Virus record (IMG/VR): IMGVR_UViG_3300027771_001853
Location: 233,624-297,623 of that record
DNA length: 64,000 bases
Reading direction: 5' to 3' (one strand)
Of this stretch, positions 1 through 8,592 are shown piece after piece. Each line of letters begins with the position of its first letter. Positions within the stretch are counted from its first letter, which is position 1. The notes beneath the pieces are model-generated. The model saw only the letters and a program-made list of their open reading frames with translations. It made no database searches and was not told the origin of the DNA. Position numbers and translations under genes: made by a program.

Positions 1-106
1 TTTCATAAATGATAATTTCTATGTCCTTTAAACCTGATGTGGACTTTAGATGTTTGACGTATTCCTCGTCTCTTTGTTTTGTACTTACTACTACTGATAA
101 TCCCAT
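1..106 (-). CDS. 5' fragment of a CDS running off the window, possible glycosyltransferase family 2-like protein
   Basis: ATG at 106; reads MGLSVVVSTKQRDEEYVKHLKSTSGLKDIEIIIYE open to window edge; SVVVST...EIIIYE resembles GT2-like N-termini; co-directional and 4 nt downstream of dut. Confidence 0.4.
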   Translation of the reverse strand, partial: MGLSVVVSTKQRDEEYVKHLKSTSGLKDIEIIIYE

Positions 107-110
107 AATT

Positions 111-725
111 TTATTTTATTCCTGTACTACCAAAACCACCTTCGTCTCTGTTAGTACTTTCTAGTTTAGATACTTTTATATATTTTGCCCAATTGGTGTT
201 AAGAATGTTATTTAAAACTGCTTGAGCTACCCTATCTCCATCATTAATAGTAAAAGGGTCTTCACCTAAATTTATTAGGATAATTTTTATTTCACCTCTA
301 TAACTTCTATCAACAGTACCAGGTGTATTAAGAACTGTTATACCGTGTTTTAAAGCTAAACCACTTCTGGGTCTTACTTGTAATTCATAATTCTCTGGTA
401 ATTCAAAGTAAAGGCCGGTAGGAATTAATTTCCTTTTACCTGGATGAATAACCATAGTATCGTTTGGTATTGATGCTCTTAAATCAAAACCACTATCGTC
501 TTTATGTGCGTATTCTGGGTCTGGATTATTAGATGTGTTGACATACTTTACCTCCATCCTTGGAATGTCTTCATCAGTTATAAAAGAAGTGTTTTCTAGT
601 TCTTCTAGGTCTATTCCTAGAATTTTTGGTAATTCCAATGGGGTTTCGTCTATTGAGTTACTGTTTGCGTACCTTTCTATTTGTGATAAAGTACTTTTCA
701 TTTTTTTATTAGTGTTATTATTCAT
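111..725 (-). CDS. dut: trimeric dUTPase
   Basis: All five motifs: SGFDL, RPRSGLA, GTVDRSYRGEI, GDRVAQ, RDEGGFGSTG. Confidence 0.97.
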   Translation of the reverse strand: MNNNTNKKMKSTLSQIERYANSNSIDETPLELPKILGIDLEELENTSFITDEDIPRMEVKYVNTSNNPDPEYAHKDDSGFDLRASIPNDTMVIHPGKRKLIPTGLYFELPENYELQVRPRSGLALKHGITVLNTPGTVDRSYRGEIKIILINLGEDPFTINDGDRVAQAVLNNILNTNWAKYIKVSKLESTNRDEGGFGSTGIK

Positions 726-731
726 AGTACC

Positions 732-1463
732 TTATTTCAATAAATTTATTTTTAACATTAACCTCATGACCTCTAAAAGATTTTTTTCACACCTTTCTTT
801 AATTTCTTTTTTTCTAAATAAATCCCCTTTTCCCCAATATAGTTTGTGTGCATCACTTCGTTCCCACTGAGAATCGTGATGGTCATCTGTTTTTATTCCC
901 ATAGCTGAACTTATAACACCTAAAGAGTACAACCCCCTACCGGAAGCAAAACCCCAAACATCTTTTGTGTCTATAGCTCTAATCTCCCAAGGTTTAGTTT
1001 CGTGATTAGGGAATATTTTTGGTGGTTTTAGACCATTGATAAGCATTCTTTTTGCTATACATGGAATAGTGAATGATTTTATCTCATGTCCACATAATTT
1101 AAAACCTAAATTATCAACTTTTTCAACTATTCCTCTGAATTTAGTAATAATTTCTTTTTCGTCTAACGGATTTTCACCTAAATCACACCAGGTCTCAACT
1201 TTTGGTGTGTTGTCAGTTTGTAGGAATGCTGCACTTACACATATAATTTTAGCAAATTCAGGTATTCCTGCAGCTCTTTTTACGAAAACTTCTTCTGACG
1301 ATAATTTGTCATCCTCCGTAAACCATTTTCTAATGTAATGTATCACATTATTTTCCCAACTATCGTGTAATAGTGGGTATTTGTTTTCAAGTTCACTTAA
1401 ACTAGAAGTTATTCCAGCTGTTTCAATGTGAAAAAATAGTAGTTTGTTTAAATTCTCTGACAT
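732..1463 (-). CDS. PolB-related 3'-5' exonuclease-family protein, catalytic residues substituted (probable pseudonuclease)
   Basis: Family scaffold recognisable (EFAKIICVS, LCGH..K.F.IP.IAKRMLING, KPWEI..IDT) but ExoI FFHIET, ExoII GHEIKSFT, ExoIII RCEKN replace FDIET, GHNxxxFD, YCxxD. Confidence 0.8.
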   Translation of the reverse strand: MSENLNKLLFFHIETAGITSSLSELENKYPLLHDSWENNVIHYIRKWFTEDDKLSSEEVFVKRAAGIPEFAKIICVSAAFLQTDNTPKVETWCDLGENPLDEKEIITKFRGIVEKVDNLGFKLCGHEIKSFTIPCIAKRMLINGLKPPKIFPNHETKPWEIRAIDTKDVWGFASGRGLYSLGVISSAMGIKTDDHHDSQWERSDAHKLYWGKGDLFRKKEIKERCEKNLLEVMRLMLKINLLK

Positions 1464-1526
1464 AGTGTTTTAGGTTTATTGGTTCTTTATAAAACTAACA
1501 AATCTTAACAGTAAAATCAAACAATA

Positions 1527-1769
1527 TTACCCTAATTTTTGATTGTAGTAGTTAGGTGTTAGTTGTGGGTGAAGAATATCTTCATATGGTGCTTTGATGA
1601 CAGATATAACTTCTGAGTCTCTAGTGTCTTCTGAAAGATAATGAGATAACCTTTTATTAGCCTCAAAAACCGATTCTGATTCCACGATATATTTAAATTT
1701 TTTAACTTTGGGTTTTCCTTCACTGTCGATTACCCCTGTCTCGAATGCTACGATTGCTTGATAGTACAT
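1527..1769 (-). CDS. small DUF4494-like protein
   Basis: GKPKVKKFKYIVESESVFEANKR resembles the DUF4494 pattern KKxxExYLVxAxSxTEAExR. Confidence 0.5.
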   Translation of the reverse strand: MYYQAIVAFETGVIDSEGKPKVKKFKYIVESESVFEANKRLSHYLSEDTRDSEVISVIKAPYEDILHPQLTPNYYNQKLG

Positions 1770-1787
1770 ATTTTTAGTTTTTAGTTT

Positions 1788-3020
1788 TTATTGTTTATTT
1801 TTTTTATCTACGAGCATTTTATAATACTCCGCTCTATTTTTAGTAACCACATCTATATGGTACTTTTGTACCGATTCGTATAGTCTTTCCCCCAAATCCT
1901 CCCTTAAAGAAGGGTTAAGTAGTAAAGTTTTTATGTGTTTATCCCACATTTTGTGGTTTTTATGTGTGTCAACTAATAAAGCGTTACCTTCATTATTAAA
2001 TCCTCCACCGTGGTTAGCGGCACTTATTAAATCTATCTGGTATGGACCATAATTCTGAGCAATTAATGCTTTCTTATGGAACCCAGCTTCAATAACTTTT
2101 AATTGGGATTTAACCCTATTAAATGTATGCTCTTTAATCGGAGCAAGACTTATATCGAATTTATTATAGTTAGAAGCGTATGTGGTAATAGGTTTAGTCC
2201 ACACCCTTCTATAAGGCATATCAACCTCATTAGCGTATTCTTCCTCAACAAATTTTAATAAGTGTTTATGGTATTCTGGTGAAACAGTACTGAACTTGTT
2301 AGTGAAAATTTCTTCATATTTGTACCATATAGATTCATGTGGTTCAATTGGTCTTTGTTTTTGTTCACCAGTTGCCTGGTCTATAAAAGTTATACTCCCT
2401 CTAGTGTCAAAACCACACAATACAAATTGTAATTTATCCATATGTGGTTGTAATTTTCCCACAACACCGGATAGTATTCTTAAATCTTCCATATGCGATG
2501 AACCACCTAACCAACCCACCCTTAACCTATCAGAATCTGGTGTGTCAATTTTGAATTGGTTTTCTTTGGGGTCAACAGCATTAGGGAAAACCTCCACTGA
2601 TGGGTTTAGTTTCCTTATTTCGTCAGCGAAGATTGGTGTTGTTGTATTAACATGTTCAGCTAATTTTAAATTTTCTACAATTAATTTATCTAAATTATTT
2701 TGTTTTACCATCATATGAGCTGGATGGTCTATTGTAGGTAACCAATAATCGTCCAAATCCATAATACTGACTATCCCTAACTTTTTTAACCTAGGAGCGA
2801 CTTTTTTAGATAAGTCGTAATTAGGTGATAATGTTCTGTGATAATGAATGATATCGTATTTTTTTAAGTATTCATCATTTTCTAATTGTGGTTCGTAGTC
2901 AATGTCAACCCAAAAATCTTCTGGATATAAATTTTGTAAGGCTAGATGTGGGTCAACACTTCTAAATTTGGAGACTCCCGTTCTATCACTTGGTATTACT
3001 AGTACTTTAATTTGGCTCAT
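1788..3020 (-). CDS. GT-B fold glycosyltransferase
   Basis: Start reassigned to MSQIKVLVIPSDRTG (ATG 3020); MDLDDYW, VFPNAVD, RVGWLGGSSH and DISLAPIKEHTFNRVKSQLKVIEAG motifs typical of phage GT4-like enzymes. Confidence 0.8.
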   Translation of the reverse strand: MSQIKVLVIPSDRTGVSKFRSVDPHLALQNLYPEDFWVDIDYEPQLENDEYLKKYDIIHYHRTLSPNYDLSKKVAPRLKKLGIVSIMDLDDYWLPTIDHPAHMMVKQNNLDKLIVENLKLAEHVNTTTPIFADEIRKLNPSVEVFPNAVDPKENQFKIDTPDSDRLRVGWLGGSSHMEDLRILSGVVGKLQPHMDKLQFVLCGFDTRGSITFIDQATGEQKQRPIEPHESIWYKYEEIFTNKFSTVSPEYHKHLLKFVEEEYANEVDMPYRRVWTKPITTYASNYNKFDISLAPIKEHTFNRVKSQLKVIEAGFHKKALIAQNYGPYQIDLISAANHGGGFNNEGNALLVDTHKNHKMWDKHIKTLLLNPSLREDLGERLYESVQKYHIDVVTKNRAEYYKMLVDKKNKQ

Positions 3021-3079
3021 ATTTCTTTTATTTGAACAAAAAGTAATGAAAATAATTGGTATGTCAAACTTGTGGGCAT

Positions 3080-3108
3080 AAAAAAAAGCCCCAGAAGGGG
3101 CTTTTTTT
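3080..3108. terminator. bidirectional intrinsic terminator downstream of major capsid gene
   Basis: A8-GCCCC-AGAA-GGGGC-T7 hairpin about 20 nt after the capsid stop codon. Confidence 0.85.
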
Positions 3109-3129
3109 ATTAATATATAAAACTTAAGA

Positions 3130-4968
3130 CTATCTAAGTTCTCTAATGTCAAACGTTCTAACACCGTCAATTGTAATAGCTCCATAGAATCTATTGTTAA
3201 CCACCTTTTTAGCGTATCTAGTCATGATACCCTTGATTGGTGCAAAGTTAAATGGATTATACATTGTTGGTGTAAGTTGTAATGGTACATAAGGAGCGTA
3301 AATATATCCTGTGTCTAATAAAGATGTTCCTTTATGTCCAATTAACACTTTGTTAGCTGGGAAGTAAGGGTCTCTATATACAGTATATCTACCTGATAAT
3401 GTTCCAATCTTCTCAATACCCATATTGTACTGGTCTTGGTCTGGAGCTGCGTTTGAAGCGTGGAAGTATTCTAAGTCATCAAATATTGCAGAACATTCAG
3501 ATGAACAAACAATCCAGTTAGCACCACCTCTCAACGTAGATTTGTGAATCTGTGCTGAAATTTGGTTAATAGCAGTAATCAGAGTTTGATTCCAGTCTTT
3601 TTGAGTATAAGGAGCTTGTCCCGCTTGGAAACGTTTCCATCCGTTGTAATCCCATCTTAATGTCCAAGATGCTGCCGCTCTTAAATCTTTAAGAATCTCA
3701 CGGTCTATCTCAGCCGCAACTTCTTCAGATAATAGAGCTGTTAATTCAGCTTCTGCATCAATGTTATGGAACGCACTAACGTCTTGTGCAAGTTCTGGAG
3801 ACCAAGTAGCTCTTAATTTTCTTTCTGTTACCGAAACAGTTACAGAGTCTAAATCAAATGAAACTTCACCTAATTCATCTTCAAATTCAAGGTCTTGGTA
3901 AATTCTGTACTCAGCAGTAAAGTTAGTAGTTGCTAGTGTTGCGTTAACATTAGCTCCAACGTAACCATCTACAGACTCACATGTAATACATGCTGGACAT
4001 GATAAGTCTAATTCAACGTAAAGGTAACCTTCACCATCACAAACGTTGTCATAAGTAGAATCTTTTCCTGGCCAGTAAGAAGTACCTTGTCCTGGAATAT
4101 TATCTACAATACCTTTTCCGTATTTCTGAGTTACTAATCTAAAAGGTACATACCCTTGAGCTGCAACTACCTGAGTAGTACTACCAGTTGGACAACAAGT
4201 TACAGGATTTGTCGCTTTGAATTTCAAAGAAGACAAGAACTCTTCAGTATCCATCTCGTTACCATTAGGTCCAACTAATTTACCTTGTCCTAAGTTATTA
4301 AATCCACCTACTCTAACAAGTAAGCTTCTAAGTCCACCATTAAGACAGTCGTAACTATTATATGTCCCACTAGTAGTTGAACCAGTAAGAGTTTCGTAGA
4401 TAGTGGATGGAGTCATTGTTCCACCAGTAGTGTTCCACGTTACAAATTGAGCTGTACGTGACACACCTGAATATCTACCTTTCGAAATATCGAATAAACC
4501 TCTACCATCTTCATAGTATTGGTCATATAAGTTTACAGTGTCGTAAGTTTGTTGATTTGCGTTAGTTGCACCTGGCATTCCTTTTGGTTCGAAATGATTC
4601 CAAGTGTTATCTGCAGCACCTCCCCAACGTCTGTCGGAGATTTTTGGTACGAAGTAGAACAATTTACCAATTGGTAAGTTCAAAGCTTGTACCGATACAA
4701 TGTCGTTAGCTAGTAATTTAGAAAATACTCTTCTAATTATTGGGAAAACAACTGTTTCAAATGAACCTGAGGCATCAGCTTGTGTTGCCTCGTTGATTAA
4801 ATGCGTCGCTTGGTTTTCATATAACTGAGCGATGTTTTCTCTTGTATGACCTTTAAGTCCATCCAAGAAACCAAGTTTGTTCCATTTTTCAATAGTGTCT
4901 TCTCTAATAACTTTAAGATGTTTCAATCCGATATTACCTACTAATCCTGATTCTAATAAAGCACCCAT
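3130..4968 (-). CDS. gp23: T4 gp23-like major capsid protein with large insertion
   Basis: IIRRVFSKLLANDIVSVQ, RKLRATWSPELAQDV, LSEEVAAEIDREIL, GYIYAPYVPL, GIMTRYA; position in head cluster. Confidence 0.96.
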   Translation of the reverse strand: MGALLESGLVGNIGLKHLKVIREDTIEKWNKLGFLDGLKGHTRENIAQLYENQATHLINEATQADASGSFETVVFPIIRRVFSKLLANDIVSVQALNLPIGKLFYFVPKISDRRWGGAADNTWNHFEPKGMPGATNANQQTYDTVNLYDQYYEDGRGLFDISKGRYSGVSRTAQFVTWNTTGGTMTPSTIYETLTGSTTSGTYNSYDCLNGGLRSLLVRVGGFNNLGQGKLVGPNGNEMDTEEFLSSLKFKATNPVTCCPTGSTTQVVAAQGYVPFRLVTQKYGKGIVDNIPGQGTSYWPGKDSTYDNVCDGEGYLYVELDLSCPACITCESVDGYVGANVNATLATTNFTAEYRIYQDLEFEDELGEVSFDLDSVTVSVTERKLRATWSPELAQDVSAFHNIDAEAELTALLSEEVAAEIDREILKDLRAAASWTLRWDYNGWKRFQAGQAPYTQKDWNQTLITAINQISAQIHKSTLRGGANWIVCSSECSAIFDDLEYFHASNAAPDQDQYNMGIEKIGTLSGRYTVYRDPYFPANKVLIGHKGTSLLDTGYIYAPYVPLQLTPTMYNPFNFAPIKGIMTRYAKKVVNNRFYGAITIDGVRTFDIRELR

Positions 4969-4996
4969 AATTTTTAATTTTTTTTATTTTTGGTTA

Positions 4997-6478
4997 TTAT
5001 TTTATTTTACTCATGATATCTAAACTTCTTGCGATTTGTGGGTCAACATACGTTCTTGATTCTCTCAATTTCGATGCTCCCGTCGCAGGAGATTTATTTA
5101 TCTTTTTTTGTACACTTTCACTAAGTTGTACAGTCTTTTTGCTATTTTTACTCTCGTAAGATTCTGTTACAACACTTTTAGTACTAGAAGAAAGTTGTTT
5201 CTTCACGTTCTTATATAGTGCTTTAGATTCTTTAAGAGATTCAACTGAGTCAAACCTTCTAAGAATGTTAATTTTCTCAGACTTGTTAGTTGTGTGTTCT
5301 GTAAACAATTTCGTAGCGTAAGCTAAGTTAGAATTGAATACAGCGACTTCATTTAACTTGTCTCTAAACATTTTAAGAGCTTTTTTATATTCTCCATTTT
5401 TGTTTTTAAGAATACCAACTTCCCCTTTTAGATTATCGATAGTTTCAGTAAGAATTTTAGTGTCGTCCATTCTTTTTCTTTCGTTTATAAAACGAGTTCT
5501 TATAGAACGTTTAGACTCATTCATATTGATTCCGGCTTTTTCTCTTGCAGCTTTATTGAACTTGTTAGTTCTATTACCTGCATGAACTTTTTGACTTAGG
5601 TTGTTTCCACGATACATTTCTTGAAAATCTGCTTCCCCTTCTTCTTTGGCTGTTTCTCTAGTCTTTCCCCCTCGGCCATAACGACCTTTCTTTTTACGGT
5701 CTCCCGTTGGGATATCACCTTTCTTACCACCATAGTTTTCTTCCATATCAGTTTCCATGTCCACTTCATCCATGTCCATGTCCATATCAACTTCATACGT
5801 TGGTTCTTGCGTTTCTTCCATATCGTCATGACGTTCAGAATCATAATGTGCATCCTTTTCTAACTTCTCAATTTGTGAGTAGTCATCTTCAGCTGCATCA
5901 CCAAAATAATTTCCATCATCTTCTTCCAAGTCTTCCGCTTCAACATCAACGTCGTCCTCGTCTTCATCTTCTTCGTTCATATCGACATCATCTTTTTTAG
6001 ATTCGTCTAACTCTATTCGGTACTCCTCTCCAGTACCCTCATCTTCTATGCTGATTACATCATCGTCCTGTTTTACGATTACGCCATCTTCAGCACCCAT
6101 AGCTTTAAAGACTTTTAGTACATCTTCATCCGATGCTTGTGTTAAGTCTAGTGGTTCAAACTCGTCATCGCCTTCAGGTGATGGGATATCGTCAACATCA
6201 ATTTCGTCCGCCATAGCTAAAACGTCCTCCATTTCTGTGTCTCCTCCCTCATCGTCCATGTCCATGACATCTTCGTCATCATCGACCATAGCTTCGAGTT
6301 CTTGTTCTTTTATTACTTTTTTTGTTTTTAAACCATTGTTGGATAATGATTCTTTTACCAGTTCTTCAATTTCTTCCTTCATGGTAGAAGCAAGTATTTC
6401 TTTTGCATTGGATTTAACAGTTTCTTCAATCTGTTGGGCTTCAATCAGAGCCGATTCAAGTAAGGATTTATTACTCAT
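4997..6478 (-). CDS. prohead core/scaffold protein (gp22-like)
   Basis: Highly acidic, low complexity, many L/I-x-E sites, C-terminal LNEVAVFNSNLAYATKLF; lies between protease and capsid genes. Confidence 0.8.
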   Translation of the reverse strand: MSNKSLLESALIEAQQIEETVKSNAKEILASTMKEEIEELVKESLSNNGLKTKKVIKEQELEAMVDDDEDVMDMDDEGGDTEMEDVLAMADEIDVDDIPSPEGDDEFEPLDLTQASDEDVLKVFKAMGAEDGVIVKQDDDVISIEDEGTGEEYRIELDESKKDDVDMNEEDEDEDDVDVEAEDLEEDDGNYFGDAAEDDYSQIEKLEKDAHYDSERHDDMEETQEPTYEVDMDMDMDEVDMETDMEENYGGKKGDIPTGDRKKKGRYGRGGKTRETAKEEGEADFQEMYRGNNLSQKVHAGNRTNKFNKAAREKAGINMNESKRSIRTRFINERKRMDDTKILTETIDNLKGEVGILKNKNGEYKKALKMFRDKLNEVAVFNSNLAYATKLFTEHTTNKSEKINILRRFDSVESLKESKALYKNVKKQLSSSTKSVVTESYESKNSKKTVQLSESVQKKINKSPATGASKLRESRTYVDPQIARSLDIMSKIK

Positions 6479-6580
6479 AAATTATCTTATATATTTTTAT
6501 TATAGTTTTATTCATACATAAATAGTGAGGGGTACGTAAAAAGTTTGTGTTTTACACCTCAAAACCCGTAAAATTTAACT

Positions 6581-7306
6581 TTATCTATCTAAAAAGTTGT
6601 TTAACTTCTTCATCATAGTTAAAGCATGTGTATTTGGACCATTAAAATCTGCTGGTATTGGTGGTGGTGTTGCCTCTTCTAAAGTCTCTTCATATTTGTC
6701 TTTGTCTTTTATGTCTTTGAATAGGTAAGCTCCTGGAGTTGATGGTGACGACACTAAATCAAAACATATCAATTCAAAATCATCTTGTACTATATTTTTT
6801 CCTCCTTCACTCTTTAGTGACCCTACACCCCTAGAAGAAATACCTAGAGTAACACCATGTCTTAATAGATTAGCTGCTATATCACCAACACATGAGATAA
6901 TACCCTTAGTGTGGTAAGCTGGTGAGGTTAGTATTTGTAGTTTCCCCATTAATGTGTCCCCGTCCCAAAAAGTCTCCACAACTCTATGGGAACTTCTTTC
7001 TAAGTCCACTAATGACGATTCTGGGTGATTTAATTCGGATAAGGCTCTACCTTGTCCTATTAGTTGTTGGTATTTGTCTACCTCTCTCTTTAATATGTCT
7101 GCTGGGTATATCCTACCATTTCTGTTTTGAACCCCACACTTCTGTAGGACAGCATAAATAAAAACACCTTCAGAATCTTTAAATCCTTTGGTTTCTGTTA
7201 TTATTTTTTTATTTAAATCGTAGTGTGGTGATATGTGTCCCGCATCAATTTCTAGTAGGACTCCTTTACCGATTTCGTTAGCTTCAAGTAATTTATATGT
7301 ACGCAT
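6581..7306 (-). CDS. gp21: prohead protease (gp21-like, peptidase S77)
   Basis: QNRNGRIYP, LSELNHP (His), GISSRGVGS (Ser), FDLVSSPSTPGA. Confidence 0.93.
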   Translation of the reverse strand: MRTYKLLEANEIGKGVLLEIDAGHISPHYDLNKKIITETKGFKDSEGVFIYAVLQKCGVQNRNGRIYPADILKREVDKYQQLIGQGRALSELNHPESSLVDLERSSHRVVETFWDGDTLMGKLQILTSPAYHTKGIISCVGDIAANLLRHGVTLGISSRGVGSLKSEGGKNIVQDDFELICFDLVSSPSTPGAYLFKDIKDKDKYEETLEEATPPPIPADFNGPNTHALTMMKKLNNFLDR

Positions 7307-7349
7307 AGATTAATATCTTTACATATAAATACAATAGAGATAATTAAAA

Positions 7350-7781
7350 TTATTTTTTATTTGAGTAGAAGTTAAAGTATTTGTTATTTTTAAAATTCTG
7401 GTTTTGAATATGACCTATTGTTTTGTGTACAGAATCTTTTATTGTTTGTGAACGGATGTTCTCTTTAACTTTAAGAAATAGGGTTATTTCACAAGAAATA
7501 TAACTTCTTTTTAATAGTTCGATACCACTTGTTCGTAAATCCAAATCTACAATATTTTTTTCTGTTTTAAATAAGTTATCGTCCAATACCTCATTTAAAC
7601 TAATTTTAATATCTCTTTTTAATAACCCAACAACCCTAACCCAATTAGGTGCTTCGTTAATTGGTTGGGCCCAAGATGAAAGATTCATATATAGCGATTT
7701 AAAATTCTTGGAGTCTACTGTCCCGTAGTTAGTTTTAAAACTAGGGTGTAGGTTAAATTTGATTTGTTTTCCTGACTTCAT
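7350..7781 (-). CDS. hypothetical protein in head cluster
   Basis: 143-aa ORF co-directional with flanking structural genes. Confidence 0.7.
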   Translation of the reverse strand: MKSGKQIKFNLHPSFKTNYGTVDSKNFKSLYMNLSSWAQPINEAPNWVRVVGLLKRDIKISLNEVLDDNLFKTEKNIVDLDLRTSGIELLKRSYISCEITLFLKVKENIRSQTIKDSVHKTIGHIQNQNFKNNKYFNFYSNKK

Positions 7782-7836
7782 GATATATTCTATTTTAGTA
7801 AAATATACTAACGAATTACTTATAAGTCAAAATAAT

Positions 7837-8568
7837 CTAAGATAGGTCCTCTTCTAATTGTTGTAACCTTAATAAGTCTTTTTTTCTATACCCACAATCA
7901 ACCACCTCATTTTCTACAACTAAAAGTTTATCTTTTAACTCTGTATTTTCAGTTTCTTTGATTAGGTTCGTTAGTAACTTATTTAGATTGTCTTTACTTG
8001 TATCCACTTTTTCTTTGAGTTCTCCCACTTCTATGGATAGGTATTCTTTTAGTTTACCTTTGTCGGATTCACTTAAAGAAGAATATTTTTCATTATATAA
8101 CCTAGTTAAACTAGAAACTAATAATGAATGTCTTACTGTTGTTGTTTCATTAATTTGTTCTGGTTGATTTAACCACGTTACTAATTCTTTTTTTATTTCA
8201 TTATGTTTTCTTGGGTTATATGAAAAGTTTTCAAAAATAAGTTTATCTAGTTTTTGATAAATTTTTTCACTATCACCCTTATAATAAGGACTTTTTTCTA
8301 TTAGTTTATTAATATTTGTGGATTCCGCTATTAGAACTTTAGATTTTGATTTTAGTTCAGTTAGGACGTTTTCTAAGAAAATCCTTGCCTCATTTTTATC
8401 AGTGAACCTTTGTTTATCTATTTCACCATACAGTGTAAAAAATTCTCTTAGTGTTTTGGTCTTTTTTAAAGACCCCATTAATACATTAAAATTTCTTTTA
8501 AATGTGCTTTTGTTAGAATATGATTCTGTTAGAATGTCGTTGATTCCCTTTTTTATTTTACCAAACAT
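7837..8568 (-). CDS. hypothetical helical protein in head cluster
   Basis: 243-aa ORF directly downstream of portal, preceded by TATTTATA motif; several L/I-x-E sites. Confidence 0.7.
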   Translation of the reverse strand: MFGKIKKGINDILTESYSNKSTFKRNFNVLMGSLKKTKTLREFFTLYGEIDKQRFTDKNEARIFLENVLTELKSKSKVLIAESTNINKLIEKSPYYKGDSEKIYQKLDKLIFENFSYNPRKHNEIKKELVTWLNQPEQINETTTVRHSLLVSSLTRLYNEKYSSLSESDKGKLKEYLSIEVGELKEKVDTSKDNLNKLLTNLIKETENTELKDKLLVVENEVVDCGYRKKDLLRLQQLEEDLS

Positions 8569-8592
8569 AGATTTATATTTTACTATAAATAT

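Noticed and set aside
3021-3185. N-terminal extension of the glycosyltransferase ORF in the track
   Set aside because: Overlaps the capsid gene end and its terminator; a better start (MSQIKV) with its own promoter-like element is at 3020
6048-6521. Long plus-strand Ser-rich ORFs opposite acidic genes (also 8672..9079, 15529..15924, 19086..19547, 21108..21734 minus, 41269..41736)
   Set aside because: Antisense shadows of Asp/Glu- or Asn/Thr-rich coding sequence; no motifs or independent start signals
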